A program made the translations under genes and the position numbers. Below the pieces are notes generated by a model. It made no database searches. It worked only from the letters and a program-made list of their open reading frames with translations, and was not told the origin of the DNA. A DNA stretch of 60,608 nucleotides, counting the filler. It is 2 parts of 2 records of this genome, joined end to end, with 100 filler letters (N's around TTAATTAATTAA, not from the genome) between each part and the next. Parts side by side here need not be neighbours in the genome. Positions count along the whole stretch, not along the records: positions 1 to 31,982 come from SRR22947727_2400; positions 32,083 to 60,608 come from SRR22947727_2423. One strand, written 5' to 3'. Shown piece after piece: positions 24,732-34,928 of this stretch (positions are counted from its first letter, which is position 1; each line of letters begins with the position of its first letter).

Positions 24732-25694
24732 CTAGGCCATTGCGGCGGCGGCAAGATCGGGCATGGCAAAGCTGTCTGACCGGCTATATTCACTGCCAGC
24801 CTCGATCACCTTATAGGCGGTCGGGTCATTCAATAATGTTTGCACCAATTTGGTGCTAAGCGCATGGCCTGGGCGTGATGCGGTCATTTTGGCTTTGACC
24901 GGCATGCCAATCAAAAATAGATCGCCAAGACAATCAAGCACCTTGTGACGCACGAATTCACGTTCAACACGCAAACCACCTTCATTCAATATTTTGCCAT
25001 TATCGACAACGATGGCGTTGTTCAATGATCCGCCAAGTGCAAGTCCGGCATTCTGCATCAATTCAACATCGCGCAATTGGCAGAATGTCCGTGCGGTTGC
25101 CAATTCGGCAGCAAAACTGCCGTCGCTGTGGCTATAGCTAAAGCTTTGATTGCCAATAGCTGGATCATCAAATTCGATTTTGACATCAATTTGCAATTGG
25201 TCGGCTGGCTCAAGCCGCGCCCATGCGCCGCAATCAAGCTGAACCTCAACCGGTTTTGTGATCATCATATATTTGCGTCGTGCTGGCAGAATTTCGAGAC
25301 CAGCATTGGTCAGTGCGTCTAGAACAGGCTGGCTGCTTCCATCCAGAATAGGCGCTTCAGATGCGTCAATTTCGATGATGGCATTATCAAGCCCGATACC
25401 GGCAAAGGCGGCCATCAGATGTTCGATGGTTTCAAGCGTGATGCCTTCGCTATTCACAATGCGTGTGCATAAACGTGCGTGCTCGGCATAGCTGGCATGG
25501 GCAATCACTGTTTGTAGCTGGCCATCAATATCCATGCGGCGAAATTTTATGCCGCTATTAGCAGGGGCAGGGCAAATGGCCATACGCACAAACCGCCCCG
25601 AATGCAGGCCGATGCCTTCAAGATGCGCGATCTGGCGAACCGTTGTTTGAAACGGCTGTTCAACAAACATATTGTAGGAAAGCGTATCAGGCAT
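24732..25694 (-). CDS. lpxC: UDP-3-O-acyl-GlcNAc deacetylase
   Basis: GIGLHSG, TIEHLMAA, PILDGSS, ARTF, RHKVLDCLGDL. Confidence 0.96.
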   Translation of the reverse strand: MPDTLSYNMFVEQPFQTTVRQIAHLEGIGLHSGRFVRMAICPAPANSGIKFRRMDIDGQLQTVIAHASYAEHARLCTRIVNSEGITLETIEHLMAAFAGIGLDNAIIEIDASEAPILDGSSQPVLDALTNAGLEILPARRKYMMITKPVEVQLDCGAWARLEPADQLQIDVKIEFDDPAIGNQSFSYSHSDGSFAAELATARTFCQLRDVELMQNAGLALGGSLNNAIVVDNGKILNEGGLRVEREFVRHKVLDCLGDLFLIGMPVKAKMTASRPGHALSTKLVQTLLNDPTAYKVIEAGSEYSRSDSFAMPDLAAAAMA

Positions 25695-25834
25695 GAGGCC
25701 GCGGTAACTCTTTCATCTGTTGCCATCACGAGGGGGGTAACCCGATCGCGAAAATCCATCTTTTTCATTTCAAAGGCTGATCTTGAACGGCTAAGGTCTG
25801 ACTGACCTAGCCAAAAGTAATGAGCCATATGAAA

Positions 25835-25865
25835 ACCTGAGGAAAGATTACTCTTTTCCTCAGGT
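25835..25865 (-). terminator. Stem-loop / putative terminator downstream of ftsZ
   Basis: 11-bp perfect inverted repeat ACCTGAGGAAA...TTTCCTCAGGT with a short T run on the minus strand. Confidence 0.55.
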
Positions 25866-25927
25866 CATTCCAAATCACATTTGGTTACAGTTTGTAGCAA
25901 TGGCAAGTGGTTGCCATTGCCGCATTG

Positions 25928-27715
25928 TTAATTGGCCTGACGGCGTAAAAATGCTGGAATATCAAGATCATCTTCATCAGCATTTGGCGCCTTGGCAGAG
26001 GCTGTTTCTGACCCTTTTCCAACCATATCAGACCGTGACAAATCAAGGATTGAAACCGCAATCTGCTCTTTGGCTGCCGCTTCGTCTAAGGCAGGCTCAC
26101 TACGGCTTTGATCGCTTGATTCGGCAGGCTTGCTTTGCGGCTTGCTTGACCATAATCCGGAAATTCTATTGATCAGGCTTGATGGGCGTGTGACCGGTGT
26201 CTGGGCTACCACATCCACGCTTTCTTCGTCCGGCATGCTTGTTGGTGCTGCTGGAATAAACTTCGCGCGTGGTGCTGCTGCTTCGTCATTGGCAATGGTT
26301 AACGGCATTGTTGGTGCGTCTCCCACCGCCGATGGCGCGTTACTGTTAATTGATGCTGCCGTTTCAAGATCAGCCGGTGCTGCATCTTTTGTGGCGGCAT
26401 TGATGGCATCATTGATATCCATCTGCTGGCCGGTATCGTCAGCCGTGTTGATCACTTCAGCAATCGCTTCGCTGGCAAGCTCGTTGCTAAGTTGGCTGTC
26501 CAGCGTATCAGCAGTGTTGCTAGCCATTGTCGGGGCTGTTACGAGATCGCTGCTTGTCACCATCTGCTGATCGTCAGCTGGTGTTGCAGGCATTGTTTCA
26601 CCCATTGTTGCAGTGGCTGGTTCGGCATCTGCTTCACGCGCGGGGCTTAAGAAGCTGCTGAGCGGGTTTGGCAGAATTGTGCTTGGCCGCGGCGCAACAG
26701 CCTCGGTTTTTTGCGGCATCATGCTCGGACGGCTGTTGATCTGGGTGGCACCGCTAATGCCGGTTGCAACAACCGATACACGCATCACGCCTTCCAATTT
26801 ATCATCAAAGGCCGAACCAAAGATGATGGTTGCATCTGGATCAACTTCTTTGCGGATACGGTTGGCAGCTTCGTCAACTTCAAACAGGGTCATATCAAGA
26901 CCGCCGGTGATGTTAATCAGAACCGCATTGGCCCCTTTCATCGTGGTGTCGTCCAGAAGCGGGTTATTGATAGCCGCTTCGGCGGCCTGCGTTGCACGCG
27001 CGTCGCCTGATGCCTCGCCAGTTCCCATCATTGCCTTGCCCATTTCGCCCATAACAGCGCGAATATCGGCAAAATCAAGATTGATTTGACCCGGCTTGAT
27101 CATCAGATCGGTGACACCACAAACGCCTTGGTGCAAAACCGCATCTGCCATATGGAAAGCGTCGGCAAAGGTGGTACGTTCATTCGCCAGTCTGAACAGA
27201 TTCTGGTTTGGAATGACGATCAGCGTGTCAACATAGGCCTGCAATTCTTCAATGCCTTCGTCGGCCTGTTTCATCCGGCGCTGGCCCTCAAATTCAAATG
27301 GCTTGGTGATAACGCCAACGGTCAGAATGCCGCGTTCACGCGCAGCGCGGGCAATAACCGGCGCGGCGCCTGTGCCGGTGCCGCCACCCATGCCTGCGGT
27401 GATAAACACCATGTTGCAATCGGCCAATTCGGCCATCACATCTTGCAGGCTTTCTTCAGCGGCCAACCGGCCAATCTCGGGCTTTGATCCTGCACCAAGA
27501 CCTTGTGTGATGGCACTGCCAAGCTGAATTTTCCGGCTTGAAAGCGAATGGGCAAGTGCTTGACCGTCGGTATTGGCGACCAGAAAATCAACACCCTCAA
27601 GATTGGCGTTGATCATATTATTCACGGCATTACAGCCGGCGCCACCAACACCAACAACGGTGATGCGGGGACGAAGCTCTTGCATTGTTTGTGGAACGGT
27701 AAGGTTGATGGTCAT
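25928..27715 (-). CDS. ftsZ: Cell division protein FtsZ (long C-terminal linker)
   Basis: GGGTGTG tubulin motif, INLDFAD, C-terminal [11 protein letters not shown]. Confidence 0.98.
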   Translation of the reverse strand: MTINLTVPQTMQELRPRITVVGVGGAGCNAVNNMINANLEGVDFLVANTDGQALAHSLSSRKIQLGSAITQGLGAGSKPEIGRLAAEESLQDVMAELADCNMVFITAGMGGGTGTGAAPVIARAARERGILTVGVITKPFEFEGQRRMKQADEGIEELQAYVDTLIVIPNQNLFRLANERTTFADAFHMADAVLHQGVCGVTDLMIKPGQINLDFADIRAVMGEMGKAMMGTGEASGDARATQAAEAAINNPLLDDTTMKGANAVLINITGGLDMTLFEVDEAANRIRKEVDPDATIIFGSAFDDKLEGVMRVSVVATGISGATQINSRPSMMPQKTEAVAPRPSTILPNPLSSFLSPAREADAEPATATMGETMPATPADDQQMVTSSDLVTAPTMASNTADTLDSQLSNELASEAIAEVINTADDTGQQMDINDAINAATKDAAPADLETAASINSNAPSAVGDAPTMPLTIANDEAAAPRAKFIPAAPTSMPDEESVDVVAQTPVTRPSSLINRISGLWSSKPQSKPAESSDQSRSEPALDEAAAKEQIAVSILDLSRSDMVGKGSETASAKAPNADEDDLDIPAFLRRQAN

Positions 27716-27885
27716 GACTGACTCCCTTCATTAAGGATTGAGATATTCTGCGTTGAAATTGATTCGCTTGGGCGCAATAGGCTGGCGGAACTGGCAGGAC
27801 AAATCTGCCGGAGTCCTAAATTGTGCTGGGCGGGTCGCCAGCGGGAAATTGGGTTTGAACATATGATCATCAATCGTCTCCTCGC

Positions 27886-29184
27886 TTACAGATTGTCACG
27901 AAGCCACGCACCGATACGTTCAAATGGCCCATGCGGCAGGGTGCGGGTCTGCCTGTCTGTTGGGTCATTTTCCTCAATCCGGCTGACATGGATCAGCGCG
28001 CCAATGCTGGCGGCAAAGCCGGGGCCGCTGCTATCCTCGTCAAGACCGGCTATGCCGATAGGTTTGCCAAGACCGACCGATTTCTTTGCCTGTTTGGCAA
28101 ATAGATCGGCAAGGCCGGTAAGCTGGCTGGCACCGCCGGTCAGCACATAACGGCTGCCAGCGGTATGTTCCATGCGGGCGCGTTCCATACGGCCATGCAA
28201 TAATTCCAGAATTTCTTCGATGCGCGGCCGGATAATCGCGCTTAGCAAATTGCGTTCAATGGTTTGACCGGCCACTTCGGTGGTCGTGCCAAGCGCGGGA
28301 ATAGTAATATTGTCACTGCGGCCAAGCCGAACGACTTCGCGAAGTGAATCTGGGGCAACGCCGGTGATGTCGGTTGGCATAACCGATCCATCAATCGCTT
28401 TTAGCCTTTCAGCATCGGCAAGCGGCGTTGATAAAATGCGGGCAATATCGGTGGTGACGCGGTTGCCGCCAATTTTGATCGTGTCGACATAAACAAGCTT
28501 GCCTTCCATAAAGATGGCAATTGACGTTGTGCCGCCGCCCATATCGACAATGACACTGCCAAGATCACGCTCTTCGGCACTAAGACAGGCAAGACCGCTT
28601 GCATAGGCTGAATGCAGGAACCGATCGGTTTCAAGATGGTTCAACGCCAGCGCTTCACGCAAATTGGCAAGCGAGGTGCGAAGACCGCAAACAAGCGTGT
28701 AATCCACCGAAAGATTGGTGCCGCGCATGCCGCGGGGGTCGGCAATGCCGCGCACATCATCAAGCCCATATTGCAGGGTTTGAAGATGCATCGGCTGATA
28801 GTTTTCTGGAATATTGCCATTGTCATTGCGCGCCATTAGCCGGTCGATATCACGCCGCCGAACCACCGCATCACTTAGCCTGACTGATTTTTTGCAGATG
28901 CTTGAAAATGGTGTGCCGCCTGGGGCAACAACCGTGACTGATGTAACCGAAATACCGGCATCGCGCTCGGCCGCTTGAACGGTTTTGCCAATCACCGTGC
29001 TTAGCGCCTCTAATTCGCTGACTTCGCCGCTGCGGATGCCAGCCGAAGCATGCGTTCCATGACCAAGAAGCCGCACCCCGCCTGCGCCGTTGGCCTCGCC
29101 AATCATGCAGCAGATTTTTGATGATCCGATATCCAGAACGGCAAAGGGACGCCGGGTAATGGCTTTGGTTTTGCTAAGGATCAT
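27886..29184 (-). CDS. ftsA: Cell division protein FtsA
   Basis: LDIGSSKI, DMGGGTT, LTGGASQL actin-like motifs. Confidence 0.95.
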   Translation of the reverse strand: MILSKTKAITRRPFAVLDIGSSKICCMIGEANGAGGVRLLGHGTHASAGIRSGEVSELEALSTVIGKTVQAAERDAGISVTSVTVVAPGGTPFSSICKKSVRLSDAVVRRRDIDRLMARNDNGNIPENYQPMHLQTLQYGLDDVRGIADPRGMRGTNLSVDYTLVCGLRTSLANLREALALNHLETDRFLHSAYASGLACLSAEERDLGSVIVDMGGGTTSIAIFMEGKLVYVDTIKIGGNRVTTDIARILSTPLADAERLKAIDGSVMPTDITGVAPDSLREVVRLGRSDNITIPALGTTTEVAGQTIERNLLSAIIRPRIEEILELLHGRMERARMEHTAGSRYVLTGGASQLTGLADLFAKQAKKSVGLGKPIGIAGLDEDSSGPGFAASIGALIHVSRIEENDPTDRQTRTLPHGPFERIGAWLRDNL

Positions 29185-29990
29185 GTTTTGCTTCCCCTTC
29201 CTCTTACCGGAATATTTGGCTCGACAATCAATTGTTGCGGTATGCGCATATCAATGACGGCCAGATCGCGATGGGTGATGGCTTTCTTGCGATCAATCAT
29301 GGCAAGACGTGACCAGGCTGATACGGGATCAATTTCGGGAAGCCGCACTTCCATGCCGTTTTTCAAATGAACATCCCAGCGCCGCTTTGACCGATAGCTT
29401 ACCGCCCATACTTCGCTGAATAATTCTGGTTCGGTTTTTAAAATCGACAAAATGGCGGCAGCATGCGGCGCCGCGCTGTCACCGGCAACAACCGTCAGAT
29501 GGGTGAATTGGCTTGGATCAGCGCCATCAATAATGGCACCGCTTCGATCAATCAATTTATGTTTGTCATTGTTTTGCAACAGGGCGATTGGCACGCGCTC
29601 ACGAAGGGTGATATGAACCGTGCCGGGAAGGCGGCGCTCAATAATGGCATCTTCAACCCAGCCAATCTGGCTGATATTGCGATGTAGATTTTGCAAATCA
29701 ATGCCAAGGATTGGCGCACCGATTTGCAAATCCAACGCTGCCAACAGGCGCGATTGTGGCGTATGGGCGCGGCCACGAACCTGAATATCGGTCAACACCA
29801 ATCCGGCATTCCCGCTCATTGTCAAAAGATCATTGGTCAGCTTTTCACGATCCAGCATCGCCATGCCAATGGTGCTTGCTGTTGCAACGGCAAAAAGCGA
29901 CATAAAGCCAATCTTGATCTTGCGCCACAAGCTGGTCTGCGGCGACAGGCTGTGCGGTTGTGGTTTGATCCATCCAATCAGTCGTCGCAT
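29181..29990 (-). CDS. ftsQ: Cell division protein FtsQ
   Basis: TM segment + POTRA (WVEDAIIERRLPG), RRWDV, IDMR. Position between ddl and ftsA. Exact start uncertain. Confidence 0.88.
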   Translation of the reverse strand: MRRLIGWIKPQPHSLSPQTSLWRKIKIGFMSLFAVATASTIGMAMLDREKLTNDLLTMSGNAGLVLTDIQVRGRAHTPQSRLLAALDLQIGAPILGIDLQNLHRNISQIGWVEDAIIERRLPGTVHITLRERVPIALLQNNDKHKLIDRSGAIIDGADPSQFTHLTVVAGDSAAPHAAAILSILKTEPELFSEVWAVSYRSKRRWDVHLKNGMEVRLPEIDPVSAWSRLAMIDRKKAITHRDLAVIDMRIPQQLIVEPNIPVRGRGSKT

Positions 29991-30889
29991 TGTGCAATCT
30001 CCAATAGATGATTCACCAATTCTTCACCTGACATGCCAACAAAGCGTGCCTGTTCGGGCACAAGCGATGTTGCCGTCATGCCCGGCTGGGTATTCACCTC
30101 AAGCATGAATAGCTGGTCATTTTTATCATCCCAGCGATAATCGGCGCGGATGATGCCGCGGCACCCAAGCTGGCGATAGGCATGTTCGGCCCAAAGACAG
30201 GCTTTTAGGCTAACTGGCTCGGGAATATCGGCAGGCAGAATATGTTTTGATCCACCAACCGCATATTTTGCGTCAAAATCGTAAAATTCGCGCTCGGAAG
30301 TGATTTCGGTAACGCAAAGTGCGGTGCCATCAAGAACCGAAACGGTTAATTCGCGGCCGGGGATATAAGGCTCGCAAATCAGTTGCGTATGCGCAGGCCA
30401 CGTGTTGCGGGCAGGTGGGCGCGCTTTGGCATCTGGCACAATCACCACGCCAAAACTCGATCCGTCATTGCGCGGCTTGATCACATGTGCACCGGTGCTG
30501 TTTTCAGGATAGACATGGCTATCTTCGACCAAGGCCAAGGTTGGTGGCACCAAAATACCGGCACCGGCAAGAAGTGTTTTCGCCAACAGCTTGTCCATGG
30601 CAATGGCCGATGCGGTCAGACCGCTATGGGTATAGGGGATATTCATGATATTCAGCAGACCCTGAATATTGCCATCCTCACCGATCTGCCCATGAAGCGC
30701 ATTAAAGGCGCGTGACGGGTTTAGCTCCTTCAGTTTGGCAGCAATGTCGCGGTCAACCTCAACCTCGATCGCATCCCAGCCGGCATTGCGTGCGGCTTGC
30801 CCGCAAAAGCTTGCCGAAACGCGGCTAACCGCGGCTTCAGATGTCCATCCGCCCATCAAAACGGCGACGCGGTCACGATTATCGGTCAT
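29978..30889 (-). CDS. ddl: D-alanine--D-alanine ligase
   Basis: VAVLMGG, NALHGQIGEDG, GSSFG, LEVNTQPGMT. Start overlaps murB stop. Confidence 0.95.
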   Translation of the reverse strand: MTDNRDRVAVLMGGWTSEAAVSRVSASFCGQAARNAGWDAIEVEVDRDIAAKLKELNPSRAFNALHGQIGEDGNIQGLLNIMNIPYTHSGLTASAIAMDKLLAKTLLAGAGILVPPTLALVEDSHVYPENSTGAHVIKPRNDGSSFGVVIVPDAKARPPARNTWPAHTQLICEPYIPGRELTVSVLDGTALCVTEITSEREFYDFDAKYAVGGSKHILPADIPEPVSLKACLWAEHAYRQLGCRGIIRADYRWDDKNDQLFMLEVNTQPGMTATSLVPEQARFVGMSGEELVNHLLEIAQCDD

Positions 30890-31803
30890 TCGGTTGCCCC
30901 CTCGGTCTGGCTGCGTCCAATGCGGCGAATTTCCCATCTTAGTGATGGGCCGCCACCGGCAAGCACACGCCTACGAACCGTCTCGCCAAGCGTTTCGATA
31001 TCGTCGGCTGTTGCGGTGCCGGTATTGATTAGGAAATTGCAGTGTTTTTCCGACACTTGCGCGCCGCCAATGCGAAGCCCGCGACAGCCTGCCTTTTCGA
31101 TTTCCTGCCATGCCTTACCGCCATCAGGATTGGCAAAGGTACTGCCGCCGGTTCGGACGCCGCGTGGTTGCGCTTGGCCGCGACTGGCAATGATGTCTTT
31201 CATTCGCAACTTGATGCCAGCCGGATCACCGTCATGCCCTTGTAATTCGGCAGAGGTGAAAATCCAATCGGCTGGCGCGTCGCTATGGCGATAGGCCATG
31301 CCCATCGCGCTTGGCGTGGCGGTAACAGGCTTGCCAGAACGGTCAAACCCATGCGCAAGGCTTGTTACATCTTTAAATTCGCTTCCATAGGCACCAGCAT
31401 TCATCCGCAGGCCGCCGCCAATCGTTCCTGGAATGCCAATCAGAAACTCCAAACCGGCAATGCCGGCCTTTTGTGCATAGCGCGCCACATCGGCATCGGT
31501 TGCGCCGGTTTGGGCAATGATGCGCGTACCGTCATGGCGGATGGCATTCAGATGGGTGCCAAGCTTGATCACGACACCAGCAACACCGCCATCACGAACC
31601 AGCAAATTCGATCCGGCGCCAACGGCAATTAGCGGAATATCATCGGGGCAATCGGCCAGGAAAGCGGCAAGATCCTGTTCATCAAGCGGGCTGAACAGAA
31701 TATCGGCAGGCCCGCCAACGCCAAACCAAGTATGGCGTGCCATCAAATCATTTGGCGTATAGCTGCCGCACACCTTTGGAAGCCGGTCAAGGATTGAGGT
31801 CAT
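30886..31803 (-). CDS. murB: UDP-N-acetylmuramate dehydrogenase
   Basis: VGGPA, GAGSNLL, IPGTIGG, MNAGAYG, GSTFANP, SEKHCNF. Confidence 0.96.
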   Translation of the reverse strand: MTSILDRLPKVCGSYTPNDLMARHTWFGVGGPADILFSPLDEQDLAAFLADCPDDIPLIAVGAGSNLLVRDGGVAGVVIKLGTHLNAIRHDGTRIIAQTGATDADVARYAQKAGIAGLEFLIGIPGTIGGGLRMNAGAYGSEFKDVTSLAHGFDRSGKPVTATPSAMGMAYRHSDAPADWIFTSAELQGHDGDPAGIKLRMKDIIASRGQAQPRGVRTGGSTFANPDGGKAWQEIEKAGCRGLRIGGAQVSEKHCNFLINTGTATADDIETLGETVRRRVLAGGGPSLRWEIRRIGRSQTEGATE

Positions 31804-31982
31804 GCGCTCTCTCCTGCCAATTTATCTAATTCATGCGGCAAGGCGGCGGCCCATGCGGTGATATCGCCAGCGCCAAGACAAATCACCACATCACCCGATG
31901 ATGTTCGTGCGGCAATTTCGGCGGCCAGCGTGTCAGGCCCATCAAGGCCGGCAGCGGCTTTGTGCCCATGGTCGCGTAATCC
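31800..31982 (-). CDS. murC: UDP-N-acetylmuramate--L-alanine ligase, C-terminal fragment cut at contig end
   Basis: Hand translation GLRDHGHK...GDVVICLGAGDITAWAAALP...*, the MurC C-terminal LGAG motif, directly upstream of murB. Confidence 0.88.
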   Translation of the reverse strand, partial: GLRDHGHKAAAGLDGPDTLAAEIAARTSSGDVVICLGAGDITAWAAALPHELDKLAGESA

Positions 31983-32082
31983 NNNNNNNNNNNNNNNNNN
32001 NNNNNNNNNNNNNNNNNNNNNNNNNNTTAATTAATTAANNNNNNNNNNNNNNNNNNNNNNNNNNNNNNNNNNNNNNNNNNNN
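31983..32082. other. Artificial contig linker (44 N + TTAATTAATTAA + 44 N)
   Basis: N runs around a stop-codon spacer. Composition and gene content change abruptly across it, and both flanking ORFs are truncated. Confidence 0.98.
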
Positions 32083-32508
32083 GGTGTACGTAAAGCATCA
32101 CTAGTTGACTGGTTCGTTAAGCATGGTGGCCTAATCATTGATGAAAAGGCGGCTAATGGTTTCACTAGCTGGCAAGGTAAAGAGTTCATTGCTGATCATT
32201 TTGAAGCTGGTAAAGCTAAGCCTTGGTATGAATGTAAGCCTGAAGGCAATGGCTTTGAAGGCTATGATCTCGAAGAGGACATTAAGAAACTGTTAAACAA
32301 AGCATCTAAGCAGCGTGCCAAGGTTGCTCAAATGAGTGAGGAAGATAAGGCTAATTACTCCTTTGTTATCAGCGACGATACCATGCAGCGTATGGCAGCA
32401 TTGTTTGGGGCTGAGTTAGAAGTTATTGATGGTGAGACTGTCACAACTAATGACGATGTATTGACAGAGGAAGAGAACATTGCCCTTCAAGCTGCGGTTG
32501 CAGGCTAG
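32083..32508 (+). CDS. Phage hypothetical protein (5' truncated)
   Basis: Open frame from the contig start, GVRKASLVDWFVKHGG...KPWYECKPE...AAVAG*. Not in the ORF track. Confidence 0.8.
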   Translation, partial: GVRKASLVDWFVKHGGLIIDEKAANGFTSWQGKEFIADHFEAGKAKPWYECKPEGNGFEGYDLEEDIKKLLNKASKQRAKVAQMSEEDKANYSFVISDDTMQRMAALFGAELEVIDGETVTTNDDVLTEEENIALQAAVAG

Positions 32509-32595
32509 TATGAAAATTGAGAGGGAGTTAGTATTGATATCACTTTGCTTGCTGGGTATTGTACTATCTCTAATAGTAGCGTTTTGGTTATCAGG

Positions 32596-32757
32596 ATGTC
32601 AGTAATCATATTGATACTGTCAGTAGTTTCCTTCTTTTGGGCGCGGCATATATGGAACGAAAGCCACTCAATTGAAACTCTAATAATCTGTAGCACGGTG
32701 GCATTATGTAGTATTTACGCTGCCTTAGGCGCCTTAATATACATGGCCACCAATTAG
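32596..32757 (+). CDS. Small hydrophobic phage protein
   Basis: MSVIILILSVVSFFW..., two hydrophobic stretches. Start overlaps the stop of a tiny upstream hydrophobic ORF beginning at 32510. Confidence 0.5.
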   Translation: MSVIILILSVVSFFWARHIWNESHSIETLIICSTVALCSIYAALGALIYMATN

Positions 32758-32798
32758 TAATGCAGTGGGCACAACCGGCATAAATGCTAGGAAATTTT

Positions 32799-33065
32799 AT
32801 GGGCATTAATCTAACCAGAATGTCAACAGTTATCAGGAGGGTAAATGCCCTTAATGATGCTAGGCTACTCCTAAGTCCTGAACTACTTAGAGACGCTAAG
32901 CATATAGCAGGACGCTATGACGATGAACTAAGGCTGAGTGAGTATGGAGATGAGTTCTCAATGCTCTATATATATCATGAGGATGATTTTAGCACCCTTA
33001 TGGAGACAATGCCTGAAGAACTAACCTACTTCCTATCTCAGGAAGTAGACCTACAATCGGAGTGA
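32799..33065 (+). CDS. Phage hypothetical protein
   Basis: ATG after AGGA RBS. Co-oriented and abutting the next gene. Confidence 0.6.
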   Translation: MGINLTRMSTVIRRVNALNDARLLLSPELLRDAKHIAGRYDDELRLSEYGDEFSMLYIYHEDDFSTLMETMPEELTYFLSQEVDLQSE

Positions 33066-33067
33066 AC

Positions 33068-33541
33068 ATGAACATTAAAGATGAGCTTAAGAAGCTGCAA
33101 GCACAATCTGACGAAGTTACGTCTCGTATTAAGGAACTTAAAGAGGCTTTAACTGAGTCTGATTATAAGTGGTTTCTTACTGTGCACGGCCCGTGGAAAG
33201 CTGTGACGCCTTACATAACCCCAACCGAGTTTAACCACCTTAATGAGCGTGGGTTAATTTATGACTCCAGAGGTGAGTGCGAAAAGCATGAAAACTACCT
33301 ACTAGCCTTGGCTAAAGTCACTAAAGCCATTAAGGATTATAACGGGGATTGGAAGGTTGATTTTAGCCACAGCAACAGACAAACTAAGTGGCTTATGGGC
33401 ATGAGTAACGGCGTGGTTAATGCTCAGTCCTTCCAGTTCTACCAAGAGACTTTGACGAAGTTGTACGTTAAAGATGAGGAAGGAGCTGTGCTAATCTACA
33501 ATAAGTTTAAGCCTGAAGTTGAAACAATCCTCACATATTAA
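33068..33541 (+). CDS. Phage hypothetical protein with N-terminal coiled coil
   Basis: GGAG RBS, IKDELKKLQAQSDEVTSRIKELKEAL heptads. Confidence 0.75.
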   Translation: MNIKDELKKLQAQSDEVTSRIKELKEALTESDYKWFLTVHGPWKAVTPYITPTEFNHLNERGLIYDSRGECEKHENYLLALAKVTKAIKDYNGDWKVDFSHSNRQTKWLMGMSNGVVNAQSFQFYQETLTKLYVKDEEGAVLIYNKFKPEVETILTY

Positions 33542-33556
33542 TCAACCGATCAAGTC

Positions 33557-33633
33557 GCTCCACTAGCTCAATAGGATAGAGCATCCGCCTCCTAAGCGGA
33601 AGGTTGCCGGTTCGATTCCGGCGTGGTGCACCA
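33557..33633 (+). tRNA. tRNA-Arg(CCT), decodes AGG
   Basis: Cloverleaf: acceptor GCTCCAC/GTGGTGC (one T-T mismatch), D arm GCTC/GAGC, anticodon stem TCCGC/GCGGA with loop CTCCTAA, T arm GCCGG-TTCGATT-CCGGC, encoded CCA. Confidence 0.93.
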
Positions 33634-33647
33634 ATTTGGAGAAAGTA

Positions 33648-34055
33648 ATGAACGAAACTATAATGCAAATTATTAATTGGGCCTATGTTGTTTGGCCTGC
33701 AACTCTCACAGTACTAGTCTGTACAGTCATCCCCTCATTGATAGGGACGGCACACTTTGTGTGCTCATGGCTTGATGATGGTGAGAAGACCTTCAAGTAC
33801 CCTCGTACAATGGACATACCTTTTTATCGTGCGGTCTATGCCAAGCCTAGTGACGTGGCCCCATGTGCCAGCCTAATTGCAGCTATGAGCCTGATTGCAG
33901 CAATTATTCTAGCCATCTTTTACAAGGGGTTTGGATTTGTATTACCTCTATGGGTGCTACTAATACCATTGCCCTTCCTACTGGTTAAGAAAGTGTTTAA
34001 GATTGGTAAGGCCCTTAGTAAGCATGTCTTGGATAAGGACGCTCATAAGGATTAA
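33648..34055 (+). CDS. Phage membrane protein
   Basis: GGAG RBS, about three hydrophobic segments. Confidence 0.7.
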   Translation: MNETIMQIINWAYVVWPATLTVLVCTVIPSLIGTAHFVCSWLDDGEKTFKYPRTMDIPFYRAVYAKPSDVAPCASLIAAMSLIAAIILAIFYKGFGFVLPLWVLLIPLPFLLVKKVFKIGKALSKHVLDKDAHKD

Positions 34056-34092
34056 GGACTGCCCAAAGCCCTCATTTACTGGAGAAAATATT

Positions 34093-34269
34093 ATGCATCT
34101 GCCTGCTTTTATCTTCGTACTATCAGTGATTATCTTTGCATGCTCTTATTATGCATTTGCAATTAAAGAGGATTGCTTAGCATCCATCCTCATTGTAACC
34201 GGAGTGGTTGGGACTGTTGTCTCAGCTGCTAACTTCTACCTTCACTTAAACTTTATAGGTGTAATATGA
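34093..34269 (+). CDS. Small phage membrane protein
   Basis: GGAG RBS, two hydrophobic segments. Confidence 0.6.
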   Translation: MHLPAFIFVLSVIIFACSYYAFAIKEDCLASILIVTGVVGTVVSAANFYLHLNFIGVI

Positions 34270-34433
34270 AACTGCCTCTATACCCTTATGTAAGTCGTAA
34301 AGGCTTACCCCTGTCTAAGTTCAATGGCCCTGCTTCACGTAAGCATGTTAAGGGGAACAACTTCACCCTTTGTATGACTCCTCATGGCCAGCAATGGGTT
34401 AATGATAAGAACATCTTGAAGGCTAAGGTATGA
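34266..34433 (+). CDS. Small basic phage protein (55 aa)
   Basis: Hand-translated MKLPLYPYVSRKG...KAKV*, with ATGA overlaps at both ends. Confidence 0.55.
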   Translation: MKLPLYPYVSRKGLPLSKFNGPASRKHVKGNNFTLCMTPHGQQWVNDKNILKAKV

Positions 34434-34717
34434 TTCAGGAAATAACAACTGCCTCAATCCTAGTAGTGGTGGGCTTTCTGGCCCTCCAATACCTTAATTA
34501 TGGCAGGTTCATACGAACCTGTAAGGCTAAGGTTGGCCGTGACTACAAGTATAACCCAAAGTCTGGAAGCCCCTTTGAAAGGACAAACGTTATAAGTGTT
34601 GTTGATATCAAAAAGGGCTGGGTTAAGTATGCTAAGTGTGGTAATGGCCGTGTTACCAGTACATGCAAAGTTAAACAGTTTGAGTTCAGCTTCACGGAGG
34701 TATTAGATGACTCTTAA
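34430..34717 (+). CDS. Phage protein with N-terminal membrane anchor
   Basis: ATGA-coupled ORF with hydrophobic N-terminus. Confidence 0.65.
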   Translation: MIQEITTASILVVVGFLALQYLNYGRFIRTCKAKVGRDYKYNPKSGSPFERTNVISVVDIKKGWVKYAKCGNGRVTSTCKVKQFEFSFTEVLDDS

Positions 34718-34928
34718 CTATGTTAATGAACATCGTTTCCGATGTAAGCAGGAGGGCTGTGCTTATACACATAAGCATTTCAAACCTCATGTATGCCCCA
34801 ACTGTGCTGCTGTTGGGGGTAATTACCAACACTTTATTGTTAAGACTCCCGTAGGAGGTCATCATGGGCTGGATCAGGTTAGCTCTGCTCTTGTTAGTAT
34901 GTCTAGCGATAGCTCTGTTCTATCCTAG
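34707..34928 (+). CDS. Small zinc-ribbon-like phage protein
   Basis: FRCKQEGC...PHVCPNC pattern, GGAGG RBS. Confidence 0.55.
   Translation: MTLNYVNEHRFRCKQEGCAYTHKHFKPHVCPNCAAVGGNYQHFIVKTPVGGHHGLDQVSSALVSMSSDSSVLS

Noticed and set aside
26000-26750. Long low-complexity region in FtsZ
   Set aside because: Extended acidic linkers are normal for alphaproteobacterial FtsZ.
32027-32038. TTAATTAATTAA palindrome as a biological site
   Set aside because: It sits in the middle of symmetric N runs and is an artificial stop-codon linker.
33557-33633. tRNA as a prophage attachment site
   Set aside because: It lies inside the phage contig with phage genes on both sides. No integrase or duplicated 3' end was seen.
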